This document shows positions 61,601-64,000 of a DNA stretch of 64,000 bases, in pieces. The stretch comes from Macrostomum lignano. Its lineage: Eukaryota. The notes below the pieces were generated by a model. The model was not told the origin of the DNA, searched no databases, and was given only the letters and a program-made list of their open reading frames with translations. The translations under genes were made by a program, and so were the position numbers. Positions within the stretch are counted from its first letter, which is position 1, and the number at the start of each line of letters is the position of its first letter. The stretch is from positions 1 through 64,000 of the forward strand of contig NIVC01002108.1 in the NCBI GenBank assembly GCA_002269645.1, read 5' to 3'.

Positions 61601-63488
61601 TGTAAAGGTGCGAGATGAGTCAAGTCAAACCATGAGTTCTCGTAGATAATAATTAAACACAATATACTAAATCTCTAATAATAACTAACGATTGATTGCA
61701 CCTGCCCTAATGGGCAGGCTGAAGGCTGCGTACGGCTGTTCAGTCCAAGGACTGGGATGTCACAACACACACCCTCAATTACCCAGCTAATGCTGGCACC
61801 CATTTTACAGCTGGGTGAACTGAAGCAATGCAGAGTTTAGTGTCTTGCTCAAGGACACAAATTGTTTCGAGTGGGTCGAGAGTCGAACCCCCGACCTTCA
61901 AGTCGTGAGTCCGACACTCTAGCCACTAGGCTACCTCGTTGAATAGTAAACATATTTGCAAGCGATGACACAACAGTAAAAACTACGCCTAACTGAGTAT
62001 TCAGATTTTGCTAAACTACAAAAAATCAAATAATTTAACCAATTGAATTTGAACATCAGTTATAGAGGACTCGCTGCGCAACTGTATAAATCCAATCAAG
62101 ATAGAAAAACTGTGGCCTTGAATTTCTGCAGTAAATCATAATCACCCTCTTTAATTTTGTTGAACGATTGCAACAGTAATACGAGGACAACAAAATAACA
62201 GTACAGAGCTCAGATGCGGCGTTACCTTCTCTATCTGTAGTTACTGAGGAACTGCTCAAGGTCGTGGTAAGTGCTGTTTAATCAAGAAAATATAGCACAT
62301 TTCTCTTATCTTTTCTGGGGATTTTATCCTTTAGGCGAAAAAACTGAATATAAAACAGGATTAACTGTATCGTACTTGTTGTCTGAGTAGATGTTGATGA
62401 ACCTGGGGTTGTGCCTGAAATTTGGTAGACAAAAATTATCCTTCTATTTAATGGTGTCCCCTGGCACCTCGATTTGCCAGGAAAACAAACACATGGCAGT
62501 TCCACACCGCAAGCTGCCTTATCACGGGGCGTAACCAGGAATTTTGTTCTTTTAGTTGCTCATATTTGAATGGTCACTCAACCTCCTGCAGGGAGGTACT
62601 ACATGATATCCAGAGGATAAAGGGTCGCCTTGTCCAAACCTCTAGCTACGCCCCGACTTACAGCATTCAGTTGTTGCCATTTCCAAAAATGTTTACCTGC
62701 GCAATCGACGCTGCTGGCAGCGCTGGAGTTCCCTGGCGGCGCGAATCTCTCGTAAAAGTCCGCCGATCGGTAGAATATCCGAACGCGGAACTGATGCTGC
62801 AGGGATGGATCAACGCTGCCGACATCGACCCAGGCCTGGTAGGGAGACCCGGTGACATTCGCACGCTCCGTCCACAGGTCCCGACCGACCACGGCCGACT
62901 CAATCTGGTAGAAGTCGACATTTCCTACTCCAACGTCTAACGTTGAGTTGAACGGTCGGAAGGCGACGAGAAACCTGCCGCAGCCGGACTCCACAATCCA
63001 GGGCGGCGTTGTGATCTCCGGCATTCTCACATGGCAGCTGCTCTCCGCCCACCTGGGGTCGCAGCCGCTCTGGCAGTTGCCGTTCTTCCTGTCGCAAACT
63101 TCGGTGGCGTTGGCGCAGTGGCACTGCAGGGCGCAGTTGTAGGAGAACCAGTTCGGCTCACAGAGCGCGTTGCACAGCGGCAGGTTCTTCCAGCCTTTCT
63201 GACACCGCACGGTGCAGCCACCGTCTGTGGAACTGTTGCAGTTGGCTTCAAAGTCGCAGTGCTCCGTGCAGCTGAGGTTGCAGCTGGGACCGAAGCTGCC
63301 GCTGCTGCAGGCGGCGACTGCAGGATTGCCGCAGCGATCAAAAAGTTGCATTTGAACTCGATTGATTATGCAAAAATTTGGAATTCGGGCGATATCGCCT
63401 CATAACCAGCGCTGAGGCAATTCTGCCCCAATTCCGCAGACTCCTGAGCATGCAAGCGTGTCAACACTGTACGCAGACACAAACTCAT
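58638..63488 (-). CDS. Receptor-type PTP-like protein (EGF-like repeats, FN3, Ser/Thr stalk, TM, degenerate PTP domains); probable pseudophosphatase; 5' end uncertain
   Basis: Exons (minus) about 63488-63407, 63317-62697, 62414-62376, 62273-62226, 61381-60975, 60821-60525, 60448-60107, 60016-59489, 59396-58638, phases consistent. Cys-rich EGF-like repeats; TM GLIVALCIVLFLALCIAAAVLW; PTP motifs PYDYNRV, YNAS, YIAAQSP, QYWP, LVHC, QYALLY. Confidence 0.85.
61692..61937 (-). mobile_element. tRNA-derived SINE with CORE/MIR-like central domain
   Basis: Minus strand: A box TAGCCTAGTGG (61923-61933) and B box GGTTCGACTC (61880-61889). Plus-strand CCCATTTTACAGCTGGGTGAACTGAAGC...GTGTCTTGCTCAAGGACACA resembles the CORE/MIR domain as I recall it. 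The 3' end has the hairpin CCTGCCC-ATTA-GGGCAGG and a CAATCAAT tail. Confidence 0.8.
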
Positions 63489-64000
63489 ACACACGCTCAC
63501 ACAGGGTGAACAGGACTTTCTAATTGTCAGGAATGTACACTCTAATCGAACCACTGTCTTACCGTCTTGTGTCCTAATTTTTGGCAGTCAAATCGCGACA
63601 GCTCAATCAATTTGAGTTCTTAATAAGACAAACTCACAGCTCTTGGAATGAACGCCCGGAAGCAGAAACCCCAGACAGAACAGAAGACAGCAGGCGGTTG
63701 AGACGGTCAGACTTCTTGAAGAGACCACCTGCATGTTCGCCGTTTGCTTCAACAAAGCCAGTCGCTAACCGGCAACAAATTCTTTGTCTGTTGACCAGGA
63801 CTTTTTGCAGCCAAGCTGACTCACTAGCTCAGCTGGAGTTTGTGCTCTGCTTTTGGGCGGGATAGACAGACAGTCTTATCAGCTGGCCTTATCAACACGG
63901 CGCTCGCGATTCCAAGACTCAGGTCGGAGTAATTCTCGATGCGAAACAGCAAATCAACGCGTATCCTAGCAACGCGTGAATGTAATATCTGTCCTCAAGA

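Noticed and set aside
61868-61937. Functional tRNA gene
   Set aside because: A and B boxes are present but there is no convincing acceptor stem, and it continues into a CORE-like domain and tail, so it is a SINE head.

Overview
Eukaryotic (animal) genomic DNA with spliceosomal introns, GC-rich exons and very repeat-rich introns. The style resembles the free-living flatworm Macrostomum; this is inference and unverified. Contents left to right: the 3' half of a Ty3/Gypsy retrotransposon (RNase H, integrase, one -1 frameshift, PPT, 3' LTR); FANCM (+, 7 exons, solo LTR in intron 6, no C-terminal ERCC4 domain); a transglutaminase with intact Cys/His/Asp triad (+, 11 exons); an ELF/E74-type ETS factor (+, apparently multi-promoter); REV1 (-, 8 exons); TOM40 (-, 2 exons); a CCR4/Angel/nocturnin-like EEP enzyme (+, 2 exons); and an EGF/FN3 receptor-type PTP that looks catalytically dead (-), with a tRNA-derived CORE-like SINE in an intron. 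Exon chains were built by hand from splice signals, reading phase and remembered similarity to human/fly orthologues. Most notable observations: (i) 14 perfect ETS sites (AACCGGAAGTG) written into an in-frame repeat of a REV1 exon about 7 kb from the ETS gene; (ii) nearly every long intron from 3-52 kb is filled by its own private minisatellite; (iii) two sharply bounded CpG deserts with C-to-T decay, including CpA-to-TpA, upstream of FANCM and TOM40; (iv) a receptor pseudophosphatase with a tyrosine-motif tail; (v) a duplication junction carrying a templated fold-back inversion. All counts were made by eye and repeat boundaries are approximate.
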